Shown piece by piece: positions 1 to 11,000 of a stretch of DNA of 64,000 nucleotides. The translations under genes and the position numbers were made by a program. The stretch covers positions 2,560,001 through 2,624,000 of the forward strand of contig OZ241869.1 in the NCBI GenBank assembly GCA_965202805.1, written 5' to 3'. The first letter of the stretch is position 1. Each line of letters begins with the position of its first letter. This DNA is from Longimicrobiales bacterium (lineage in GTDB: Bacteria > Gemmatimonadota > Gemmatimonadetes > Longimicrobiales > Gaopeijiaceae). Under the pieces are notes generated by a model, which saw only the letters and a list, made by a program, of their open reading frames with translations, did not search any database and was not told the origin of the DNA.

Positions 1-732
1 GATCTCGTAGCCGACGGCCCTAAGGATCCCCGCTTCCTGGGTGTCAGGCTCGGCGCGCGCGATGATGGTGCGCAGGGTGCGCATCACTCCCTCGGGCGCG
101 CGGCGGGTGAAGAAGTCGATGCGGTCGAGGCCGCGCTCGAGCACCGCGTAGGTCTCCTCCAGTTCGGCGCTGCTGGCGGGTTCGGTCGCGCGCCGTCCCC
201 GGGGCAACTCCGCCGGGTCGTGCGCCGCCAGGAAGATCTCGTAGGCCAGGATCAGCACCGCCTGGGCCAGGTTGAGGCTCTTGTACTCGGGCAGGGTCGG
301 AACGATCGCCACCCGGTTGCACAGGTCCAGCGCCTGGTTGGAGAGGCCGCGGTCCTCGCGCCCGAAGAGCACCGCCACCCTGCCCCGGGAAGCGCGCTCG
401 AGCACCTGGGCCGCCAGCTCGCGCGGCCGCCCGTAGTTGCGGTGGGCGGTGCGGGCGCGCGCCGTGGTGCCGAGCACGAAGACGGTGTCGGCCAGGGCGT
501 CGGCCAGGGTGTCGTGGATCTCGGCGCGCTCGACCAGATGGTCGCTGCGGTGGGCGATCCCGGTAATGCGCCAGGCGTCGAACTCGGCGGGACGCACCAG
601 GCGCAGCCGGTCGAGTCCCATGTTCATCATCGCCCGCACCGTACCCGCGATGTTGACCAGGTTCTGCGGCTCGTGCAGCACGACCACAACGTTGGAGAGC
701 GGAGAAGCCTCCGCCGGCACATCTCCCGGCAT
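1..732 (-). CDS. trmJ: TrmH/SpoU-family RNA methyltransferase (TrmJ/LasT type), 3' end outside window
   Basis: Manual translation from ATG at 732: MPGDVPAEASPLSNVVVVLHEPQNLVNIAGTVRAMMNMGLDRLRLVRP..., later LFGREDRGL and SLNLAQAV motifs; frame stays open to base 1. Confidence 0.85.
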   Translation of the reverse strand, partial: MPGDVPAEASPLSNVVVVLHEPQNLVNIAGTVRAMMNMGLDRLRLVRPAEFDAWRITGIAHRSDHLVERAEIHDTLADALADTVFVLGTTARARTAHRNYGRPRELAAQVLERASRGRVAVLFGREDRGLSNQALDLCNRVAIVPTLPEYKSLNLAQAVLILAYEIFLAAHDPAELPRGRRATEPASSAELEETYAVLERGLDRIDFFTRRAPEGVMRTLRTIIARAEPDTQEAGILRAVGYEI

Positions 733-806
733 GGGGCGGGTCAGCGACGCGGTCGGGCGCGGATGCAGCGCCGCTGGAACGCCGGGCGCAGTGCGTGCAC
801 GGACCG

Positions 807-1040
807 TCAGGACTCGGAGGCTACTTCTTCCTCGGGCGCCTCGGGGAACTGGGGCGACTCATCCGCCTGCCCTTCCTTGAGACCGCGCTTGAAGTTCTTG
901 ATGCCCGTGCCCACCCCGCGGGCGAACTCGGGAATCTTGCGGCCTCCGAAGAAGAGGACCAGGAGGCCCAGCGCCAGAAGGATCTCGTTGAATCCCAGCA
1001 GCAGGGGCAGCGCCACAAAGACCGGGTCTGGACCGAACAT
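807..1040 (-). CDS. tatA: Twin-arginine translocase subunit TatA/TatE
   Basis: Single TM followed by FFGGRKIPEFARGVGTGIKNFKRG amphipathic helix and acidic tail. Confidence 0.9.
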   Translation of the reverse strand: MFGPDPVFVALPLLLGFNEILLALGLLVLFFGGRKIPEFARGVGTGIKNFKRGLKEGQADESPQFPEAPEEEVASES

Positions 1041-1107
1041 GTTCTCGCCTCGATGTCGTGGGGTCGACCTGTGGAAGGTAGCAGCCCGCGGGTGACTTCG
1101 CCCGCTG

Positions 1108-2289
1108 TCAGGCTCCGGCCTCTCGCAGCAGGAGCTTCGCGATGGTCTGAAGCTGCATGTTGGTCGTCCCTTCGTAAATGGTGCCTATCTTCGCGTCGCG
1201 GTAGAACTTCTCGACCGGGTACTCGCTGGTGAAGCCGTATCCACCGTGCAGATCCACGCACTCCGACGCCACCCTCTGAGCGGTCTGCGATGCGAAGAGC
1301 TTGGCCATCGCCGCCTGACGAATGTAGGGGTACCCGCCGTCGCGCAGGCGCGCCGCATTGTACACCAGCAGGCGCGCAGCCTCCACGTCGGTGGCCATCT
1401 GCGCGAGCTGGAACTGAACCCCCTGAAACTCGGAGACCGAACGGCCGAACTGTTCCCGCTCCCGCGTATAGCGCAGGGTGTGGTCGAGGGCTCCCTGCGC
1501 CAGCCCCACCATCTGGGCGCCGATTCCGATGCGTCCCTCGTTGAGGGTGGCGATCGCGATCCTGTACCCGAGGCCGACCTCGCCCAGCAGATTCCCGCCG
1601 GGGACCCGGCAGCCGTCCAGCACCACCTCCGTCGTCGACGACGCCCGAATCCCCAGCTTCTGCTCCCTCCTGCCCACGGAGAGGCCCGGCGTATCCCTCT
1701 CGACCAGAAACGCGGTGATGCCGCGGTAGCCCGAATCCGGATCGACGTTGGCGAAGACGATGTAGAGCCCGGCTTCGGCTCCGTTGGTGATCCAGAGCTT
1801 CTGGCCGTTCAGAATCCAGTCGTCGCCCGCGCGCACCGCGGTGCATCGGAGGGCGAAGGCGTCGGACCCGCTTCCCGCCTCCGAAAGCGCGTAGGCGCCG
1901 ACGGTGCCGGAGGCCAGACGCGGCAGATGGCGGCTCTGCTGCTGCCCGGTTCCGTAACGGAGGAGCGCATTGATGACCAGGGTGTTCTGCACGTCCACCA
2001 GCACGGCCACCGCGGGGTCCACGGAGGAGAGTTCCTCGACGACGAGCACGGCCGCGAAGAACGAGCTGCCCGCTCCCCCGAAGCGTTCGGGAATCTCCAC
2101 CCCCATGAGCCCGAACTCGAACAGCTTGCGGATCAGCGCCGGATCCATGGCGTGCTGGGCGTCCATCGCGGACACCCTGGGTGCGATCTCGCTGCGCGCG
2201 AAGTCCCGCACGGCCTGCTGAAAGAAGCGCTCCTCCTCGCCAAGGGAGGTCAGCGCGGCGCGCATTCCGTCCGCGAAGCCTGCCTGCAT
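1108..2289 (-). CDS. Acyl-CoA dehydrogenase (short/branched-chain type)
   Basis: ALSEAGSGSDA, GQKLWITNG, REQFGR, HGGYGF, IYEGTTNMQ motifs; GGAG RBS upstream. Confidence 0.93.
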   Translation of the reverse strand: MQAGFADGMRAALTSLGEEERFFQQAVRDFARSEIAPRVSAMDAQHAMDPALIRKLFEFGLMGVEIPERFGGAGSSFFAAVLVVEELSSVDPAVAVLVDVQNTLVINALLRYGTGQQQSRHLPRLASGTVGAYALSEAGSGSDAFALRCTAVRAGDDWILNGQKLWITNGAEAGLYIVFANVDPDSGYRGITAFLVERDTPGLSVGRREQKLGIRASSTTEVVLDGCRVPGGNLLGEVGLGYRIAIATLNEGRIGIGAQMVGLAQGALDHTLRYTREREQFGRSVSEFQGVQFQLAQMATDVEAARLLVYNAARLRDGGYPYIRQAAMAKLFASQTAQRVASECVDLHGGYGFTSEYPVEKFYRDAKIGTIYEGTTNMQLQTIAKLLLREAGA

Positions 2290-2482
2290 GAAAACTCCGT
2301 TCCTGCGCTGGAAGTCGAGGAAACGACCGATCCATGGACCGCTTCCTCATCCATGGACGGCGGCGCGGGCATCACGCGCGCGCGGCGCGCCGTACAACCC
2401 CCTCGGGGCGCGCGGCGTTCCCCCGTGGAACCCTGAGCTCGAGGCCGATCCGGCTTCGGCGCCAGGGGTGCCGGCATCGGGG

Positions 2483-2512
2483 TTGACGGGGCAGGAACGC
2501 GCTTTCTATAGT
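2483..2512 (+). promoter_or_regulatory. Putative sigma70 promoter of the gcvH-gcvP operon
   Basis: TTGACG-N18-TATAGT about 46 nt before the gcvH ATG. Confidence 0.55.
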
Positions 2513-2558
2513 CCCGAACCGAAATCCACCCTCGATCACTCCTGTGCCCGGAGCACCC

Positions 2559-2948
2559 ATGTCCGACATCCCCGAGCATCTCTACTACACCGAGGAGCAT
2601 GAGTATGTGGGGGAAACCGACGAGGAGAGCGTCTACGTCGTCGGCATCACCGACTACGCGCAGGGGGAACTGGGCGACATCGTGTACGTGGAACTGCCCA
2701 GAACCGGCACGCACTTCGACCGGATGGAGGTGTTCGGGGTCATCGAGGCGGTGAAGGCGGTCAGCGACCTCTACTGCCCGATCGCGGGCGAGGTCGTCGA
2801 GATCAACGAGGCCATCGACCTGGACCCGGCGCTGGTGAACGGCGATCCCTACGGGGACGGCTGGATGATCAAGCTGCGCGCGGAGGACGACGACGCGCTG
2901 GAGGGCCTGATGAGCCCCGAGGACTACGAATCCCACATCGACGGGTGA
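2559..2948 (+). CDS. gcvH: Glycine cleavage system H protein
   Basis: [27 protein letters not shown], lipoyl-Lys motif [18 protein letters not shown]. Confidence 0.96.
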   Translation: MSDIPEHLYYTEEHEYVGETDEESVYVVGITDYAQGELGDIVYVELPRTGTHFDRMEVFGVIEAVKAVSDLYCPIAGEVVEINEAIDLDPALVNGDPYGDGWMIKLRAEDDDALEGLMSPEDYESHIDG

Positions 2949-2985
2949 GCAGCACCGCATCCGCGCTTCGCGCATCGCCCGACTG

Positions 2986-5859
<2,874 letters not shown>

Positions 5860-5861
5860 CC

Positions 5862-6557
5862 ATGGCCAGCCTGACGTATCACGGACACGCCACCTTCCTG
5901 CTCGAGCTGAACGACGGCACGCGCATCTCGATCGACCCCTGGTATGAGGAGAGCCCCGCCAACGACCTGTCGCTCGCGGATCTGGGGGACGTCGACTACG
6001 TGTTCTGCTCGCACGGGCACTTCGATCACTTCGCGGATGCGATTCCGCTGGCGAACGCGACCGGCGCCACGCTGGTGTCGACCTTCGAGATCGTGGCCTT
6101 CGCCCAGACCCAGGGGGTCGAGAACGCGCACCCGATGCACATCGGCGGGGGATTCAACTTCCCCTTCGGGCGCGTGAAGATGACGCCCGCGCTGCACGGC
6201 GGTCAGGTGCACGGCGACAATACCGGCGCGTACACGACGGTTCCGGGCGGGCTGCTCTTCCACGCCGACGGCACGCGGGTGTATCACGCCGGCGACACCG
6301 CGCTGCTCACGGACATGAAGCTGCTGCGCGGCCAGGTGGACGTGGCCCTGCTGCCGATCGGCGACAACTTCACCATGGGCCCGGACGACGCGGCCATCGC
6401 GGTGGACTTCATCCAGCCGTCGGTGGTGGTGCCGATCCACTACAACACCTTCCCGCCCATCGTTCAGGACCCGGAGGCATTCCGGGCGCTGGTCGGGGAC
6501 GCCGCGCGGGTGGAGGTGATGGGCAGCGGCGACGTGCTGGAGCTGGGCGGAGGCTGA
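5862..6557 (+). CDS. Metallo-beta-lactamase-fold metal-dependent hydrolase (UPF0173-like)
   Basis: ATG 2 nt after the gcvP stop; YHGHATF, SHGHFDH, YHAGDT, LPIGDNFTMG, PIHYNTF. Confidence 0.9.
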   Translation: MASLTYHGHATFLLELNDGTRISIDPWYEESPANDLSLADLGDVDYVFCSHGHFDHFADAIPLANATGATLVSTFEIVAFAQTQGVENAHPMHIGGGFNFPFGRVKMTPALHGGQVHGDNTGAYTTVPGGLLFHADGTRVYHAGDTALLTDMKLLRGQVDVALLPIGDNFTMGPDDAAIAVDFIQPSVVVPIHYNTFPPIVQDPEAFRALVGDAARVEVMGSGDVLELGGG

Positions 6558-6619
6558 GGGAGGCCGAGGGGCGCCTCGGGCTCGCTCGGAGACACGGGCC
6601 GGTATCGTCTCCGAGGACG

Positions 6620-7477
6620 ATGTCCGGCGGAGCGCAGTGGAGCGCGGCCGCCCGAAGGGTGGCGGGTATGGCCGGGTGGCGCGAGACGGTTCGCCGGATG
6701 GCTCGCCTGCGGTGGACCGTCGTCTTCGACCCGCCCCGTGACGGCGCGGCCAACATGGCGGTGGACCATGCCCTCGCGGAAACCGTCGAGCCCGGCGCGG
6801 CGTGGCTGCGGCTGTACCGCTGGGTCCGGCCGACCCTTTCGCTGGGCCGCAACGAGCCGGCCGCGGGCGCCTACGACTTCGAGCGCGCGGAGCGGCTGGG
6901 CATCGACGTGGTGCGTCGTCCCACCGGCGGCCGGGGCGTGCTGCACGACGCCGAGCTGACCTACGCGGTGGTCGCCCCGGTCGCCGCGGCCGGGCGGTTG
7001 CGGGCGGCCTACGCGGCGGTCCATGCCGGCCTGGCCGCCGGACTCCGCTCCCTCGGGGCGGACGCCCGGTTGGCCGCGGGGGTGGCGCCGGGCCCGCCGC
7101 GGGCGGGAGCATGCTTCGACGCGACCGCCGGAGGGGAGGTGGTGGCGGGGGGGCGGAAGCTCGCCGGCAGCGCCCAGGCGCGCATCGGCCGGGCCCTGTT
7201 ACAGCACGGCTCCATCCTGATCGACGGCACCCAGGAACGAGTCGGCGAACTGCGCCGGCAGTCTCCCGACGCGGACACACCACCCGCGTCCACGACCCTC
7301 CGCGAACAGCTCGGCCGCGCACCCTCGTGGCGGGAGGTCGCGACGGCGGTCACGGAAGGGCTCGCCACGGAGCTGGGAACGGAGATCGTGACAGGAGAAC
7401 TCCCGCGAAGGGTGACACGGCTGATCGGGCCGCTGGGGCGCCACTACCGGTCGCGCGAGTGGACGCTACGCCGGTAG
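6620..7477 (+). CDS. Lipoate-protein ligase / octanoyltransferase family protein (LplA/LipM-like)
   Basis: NMAVDHAL, LRLYRW, VVRRPTGGRGVLHD, RKLAGSAQ, LQHGSI; follows gcvH/gcvP. Confidence 0.88.
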   Translation: MSGGAQWSAAARRVAGMAGWRETVRRMARLRWTVVFDPPRDGAANMAVDHALAETVEPGAAWLRLYRWVRPTLSLGRNEPAAGAYDFERAERLGIDVVRRPTGGRGVLHDAELTYAVVAPVAAAGRLRAAYAAVHAGLAAGLRSLGADARLAAGVAPGPPRAGACFDATAGGEVVAGGRKLAGSAQARIGRALLQHGSILIDGTQERVGELRRQSPDADTPPASTTLREQLGRAPSWREVATAVTEGLATELGTEIVTGELPRRVTRLIGPLGRHYRSREWTLRR

Positions 7478-7751
7478 ATCGGGCCGGCGAATGCGCGAGG
7501 CCTTCCGTCGGATCGAGATCGTCCGGGCGGCTGGCCCGGGCGATTCTGCAACGGACAGGGCAGGCATCGGAGGACCGACGCCAGCCTCGATGAGGTACCT
7601 TCCGCGGAGTCGCGAACGCCGGGCTCCATCGGAGGTACTCTCATGTACGGCATCGCGATCGATGGCACCGGCTCAGGTGCCGCCCCGGATGTGCCAGCCA
7701 TTTACGAAGTTACGATCCGGCCTGCTACCTGAGACGAGCGCCGGACAACCC

Positions 7752-7780
7752 TTGACACACCCCGGAGGTGCTTTCATCTT
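7752..7780 (+). promoter_or_regulatory. Putative sigma70 promoter of the exbB/tolQ gene
   Basis: TTGACA-N17-CATCTT. Confidence 0.55.
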
Positions 7781-7865
7781 GCCTGCTCCGGTGCTAGGAT
7801 AAGTTCCGGTGGACCCGGTGGGCTGTCCGATGTGGGCAGTCATTTCGTTGCCTTGAACCCAGCTC

Positions 7866-8585
7866 ATGGAGGGCACTCCCTTGGCCGCACTCAACAACCT
7901 TTATGTTGCGCTCCTGCAGATCCCCGGGATGGAAGCTCCGGATCAGACACTCGGCGAGCAAATGGGATTCATCTGGGATCAGACGGGCTTCATGCGCTAT
8001 CCGCTGGCCGCCTGCATCGTCGTCGGCATCATCGTCATCATCTGGAAGTTCTTCGACCTGATGGCCAAGAGCGGCCGCACCAAGAAGATCCTCTCCGAGG
8101 TCGACGCTCTGCTCGCCGACGCCCAGCTGCAGGAGGCGATCGAGGTCACCCGCGAGTCCAACTCGCCCGCCGCGAACATCCTGTACGCCGGCCTCGAGCG
8201 GCACGAGGAAGGCACCGACCGGGTCATGAAGGCCATCGAGAACCAGGGGCTCATCGAGCTGAGCCGTCTGGAGCGCGGCCTGGTGGTCCTGGCGACCCTC
8301 ACCAACATTGCCCCGCTCCTCGGCTTCCTGGGCACGGTGATCGGGATGATCATCGCGTTCCAGTCCATCGAGCTGGCCGGTGAGGTCGAGGCGACGCTGG
8401 TGGCGGGCGGCATCAAGGTGGCGCTCCTTACGACCGCGGCCGGCCTCACGATCGCGATCCCCGTGAGCATCGCCCACAACTTCTTCGTCTCGCGCATCGA
8501 CTCGCTCGTCATCGACATGGAGGAGTCGGCCCAGAAGATGATCGACGCGCTCCACGCGATGGAGACCGGGAGGGCGTCCATATAG
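7866..8585 (+). CDS. MotA/TolQ/ExbB proton channel family protein
   Basis: APLLGFLGTVIGMIIAF and GIKVALLTTAAGL pore motifs; three TM segments. Confidence 0.92.
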   Translation: MEGTPLAALNNLYVALLQIPGMEAPDQTLGEQMGFIWDQTGFMRYPLAACIVVGIIVIIWKFFDLMAKSGRTKKILSEVDALLADAQLQEAIEVTRESNSPAANILYAGLERHEEGTDRVMKAIENQGLIELSRLERGLVVLATLTNIAPLLGFLGTVIGMIIAFQSIELAGEVEATLVAGGIKVALLTTAAGLTIAIPVSIAHNFFVSRIDSLVIDMEESAQKMIDALHAMETGRASI

Positions 8586-8611
8586 CCGGAACCCGAGGTT
8601 TCGCAGTCGAG

Positions 8612-8644
8612 AGGTCACCCCCTGGGGTGGCCTTTCGTCGTTTT
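8612..8644 (+). terminator. Rho-independent terminator after the exbB/tolQ gene
   Basis: AGGTCACCC-CCTG-GGGTGGCCT stem followed by TTCGTCGTTTT. Confidence 0.6.
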
Positions 8645-8662
8645 CAGGCCAGGGGTTTGAAG

Positions 8663-10984
8663 ATGAAGCCGTCCTCCGTGAAGGTACTGATTCTCGCCAC
8701 TGCGGCGTCCCTGATCATCGCCGCCCCCACCCCGGCCTCGTCCCTGTCCCGGCCGGCGACGACTCCCCAGGCTGCCGCGGCCGGGAGCCGTGACCGGATC
8801 GAACGGCCCTGGCAGACCGCGGTCGCGCTGAGAGAGGCGCTCGCCGCGACCGATTCCCCCCAACCCGCAGCCGTCCTGGAGCTGGCCCGCGCCGAGGCGG
8901 GCTGGCGGAACTGGACGGAGGTGAACGAGTTGCTGGCGGGCGCGGAGTGGCTCGACGAGGTGAATGCCGGAGAAGGATGGTTCCTTCTCGGCCGGGCAGC
9001 CGAGGCGGAAGGAGACTGGGCGGCCGCCGAGCACGCCCTGAGCGCCTATCTGGCCGGCGGAAGCCGCGACGAGGAAGCGGTCCTGCGGCTGATCCGGATT
9101 CGAGCCCGTCTGAACCGTTCCGGTGACGCGCTCGGGACGCTGGAGGCGATCGCCACCGGCCGCACGGACTACTTCAACAGCCGCTTGCGGCTGGAGGTCG
9201 CGGACATTCTCGCCCCGCTGGGCGACACCGCCGGGGTGCGGCTGGCGATCGCGGGCATCACCGACGACGAGGTCCGGGAACGGAGCTGGCTGCTCCGCTC
9301 CGACGCATACCTGACCGTGGCCGACAGCGCCGCCGCCGAGACCTTCCTCGACCAGACCGTCGCCTCGATCTCGAACGACGGACGCCGGGCGCGGGGATGG
9401 GCGATGCTGGGCGAACTGCGACAGGCGCGCGGCGACCGGGAGGGCGGGCTCGCCGCCTTCCGGGCCGTGCTCGACGCCGTCGACCGGGGCAGCGCCGCCA
9501 CCCTCGCTGCCACCGCCCTCGCGGAATCGGGCACCGCCCCGACCGACGACCTGCCGGCCCTGGGGCGCGTCCTCCAGCGGGGAGGCGAAACCGGACGCGC
9601 GCTCGAAGTCTACGACCGCTACCTGGAGGAAACCTCCACCGCTCCGCCTATCACCCTGCGCCTGGCGCGCGCGCGCCTGCTGGCAGGCTCGGGGCGGCTC
9701 TCGGAAGCCAGAGACGAGCTCACCAGCCTCGCCGGGAGCGATGACCCGGAGGTGGGCGCACCCGCCCTCGACAACCTGGCCCGGGTGCAGCGGCGGCTCG
9801 GTGCGGGGGGCGCGGCGGAGACAGCGCAGGAGCAGATGGTGGAGCGCTTCCCGGGCAGCCGTGAAGCGGTCGACTTCGTCTTCTTCCGAGCAGACGCGGA
9901 CCACGACGCGGGCCGGCTCTCCCGGGCCATGGAAGGGTACGGGCAAACCGCGTCGATGGCGCCCACCATGGATCGCGCCGGTCTGGCGCGCATGCGCCTC
10001 GGCCAGCTACACATCGGCGCCGGCGATCATCGGCAGGCGGCCGGGGTTTTTGAAGACTACCTCGCCGACTTTCCGCGGGGGCGGCGCTGGCAGGAAGCGG
10101 CCTACTGGGCTGCGTGGGCCCGCCTTCGGCTGGGCAACCGCGAGCTCGCTGCCGGGCATGTGGCCCTCGTCACCCGCGGTGATCCTCTTTCCTACTACGC
10201 CTTCCTCGGAGCGGAGCTGCTCGGCGAGGACTACGACCCCGAACTGGAGCCCGATCCCCCCTTCGACGAATCCAGCGTCTTCTGGATGTACGAGCCGCTG
10301 CGCGAAGCCGCGCTCCTGAGGCGCGCGGGGATGAACTCGGCCGCCGCGGACATCGCGGCGCGATTGCTGGAACGGGCTGAAAGCTCTCCGGGAGCGCTGC
10401 TCCGGCTGGCCGAGGGCCTGCTCGCCGAGGGCATGTACATCGAGGGCATCCGCGTCGGCGGACGGGGCCAGAGCGCCGGATACCCCCGCTCGCCGCGCCT
10501 CGTGCGCGCGGCCTATCCGCTCCCCTATCGGGACCTCATCTTCGACGAGGCGGCCAGGCACGAAGTGGACCCGTTCCTGATGGCCGCCCTGATGCGCCAG
10601 GAATCCGCCTTCGACGCGGAAATCGTCTCCAGCGCGGGAGCGGTCGGGCTCATGCAGGTGATGCCCGCAACCGGACGCGAGCTCGCGCGCCGGGGAGGAC
10701 CGCAGCCCTTTTCGGCTACGGCCCTGAGGGTCGCCGATGTCAACCTGCACCTCGGCTCGCGCTACCTCGCGCAGATGCTCGGCCGCTACGACGGCCAGCT
10801 GCCGCTGGTGCTGTCGGCCTACAACGCGGGTCCTTCCCGCGCCAACCGCTGGCGCCGCCTGCCGGAAGCCGCGGACCTGCAGCGCTTCACGGAGCGGATC
10901 CCCTTCTTCGAAACGCGCAACTACGTGAAGAGCGTCGAGCGCAACCTGCGGATCTATCGCTGGCTGTACGGCGACGACTCGTGA
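8663..10984 (+). CDS. Soluble lytic murein transglycosylase with TPR-like N-terminal region
   Basis: Signal peptide; C-terminal SLT motifs RQESAF, GAVGLMQVMP, AYNAGP, ETRNYV; start taken at the ATG past the terminator. Confidence 0.9.
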   Translation: MKPSSVKVLILATAASLIIAAPTPASSLSRPATTPQAAAAGSRDRIERPWQTAVALREALAATDSPQPAAVLELARAEAGWRNWTEVNELLAGAEWLDEVNAGEGWFLLGRAAEAEGDWAAAEHALSAYLAGGSRDEEAVLRLIRIRARLNRSGDALGTLEAIATGRTDYFNSRLRLEVADILAPLGDTAGVRLAIAGITDDEVRERSWLLRSDAYLTVADSAAAETFLDQTVASISNDGRRARGWAMLGELRQARGDREGGLAAFRAVLDAVDRGSAATLAATALAESGTAPTDDLPALGRVLQRGGETGRALEVYDRYLEETSTAPPITLRLARARLLAGSGRLSEARDELTSLAGSDDPEVGAPALDNLARVQRRLGAGGAAETAQEQMVERFPGSREAVDFVFFRADADHDAGRLSRAMEGYGQTASMAPTMDRAGLARMRLGQLHIGAGDHRQAAGVFEDYLADFPRGRRWQEAAYWAAWARLRLGNRELAAGHVALVTRGDPLSYYAFLGAELLGEDYDPELEPDPPFDESSVFWMYEPLREAALLRRAGMNSAAADIAARLLERAESSPGALLRLAEGLLAEGMYIEGIRVGGRGQSAGYPRSPRLVRAAYPLPYRDLIFDEAARHEVDPFLMAALMRQESAFDAEIVSSAGAVGLMQVMPATGRELARRGGPQPFSATALRVADVNLHLGSRYLAQMLGRYDGQLPLVLSAYNAGPSRANRWRRLPEAADLQRFTERIPFFETRNYVKSVERNLRIYRWLYGDDS

Positions 10985-11000
10985 ACCGCGGCTACGGGCC

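Noticed and set aside
2290..2558. Glycine riboswitch upstream of gcvH
   Set aside because: No GGAGA/CCGAAG/CTCTCAGG aptamer motifs seen, and the predicted promoter leaves only about 40 nt of leader
7478..7750. Possible riboswitch or ncRNA in the long intergenic region before exbB
   Set aside because: Only short hairpins (e.g. GGCACC/GGTGCC); no cobalamin, TPP or SAM consensus recognised; lies upstream of the predicted promoter. A covariance-model search would settle it
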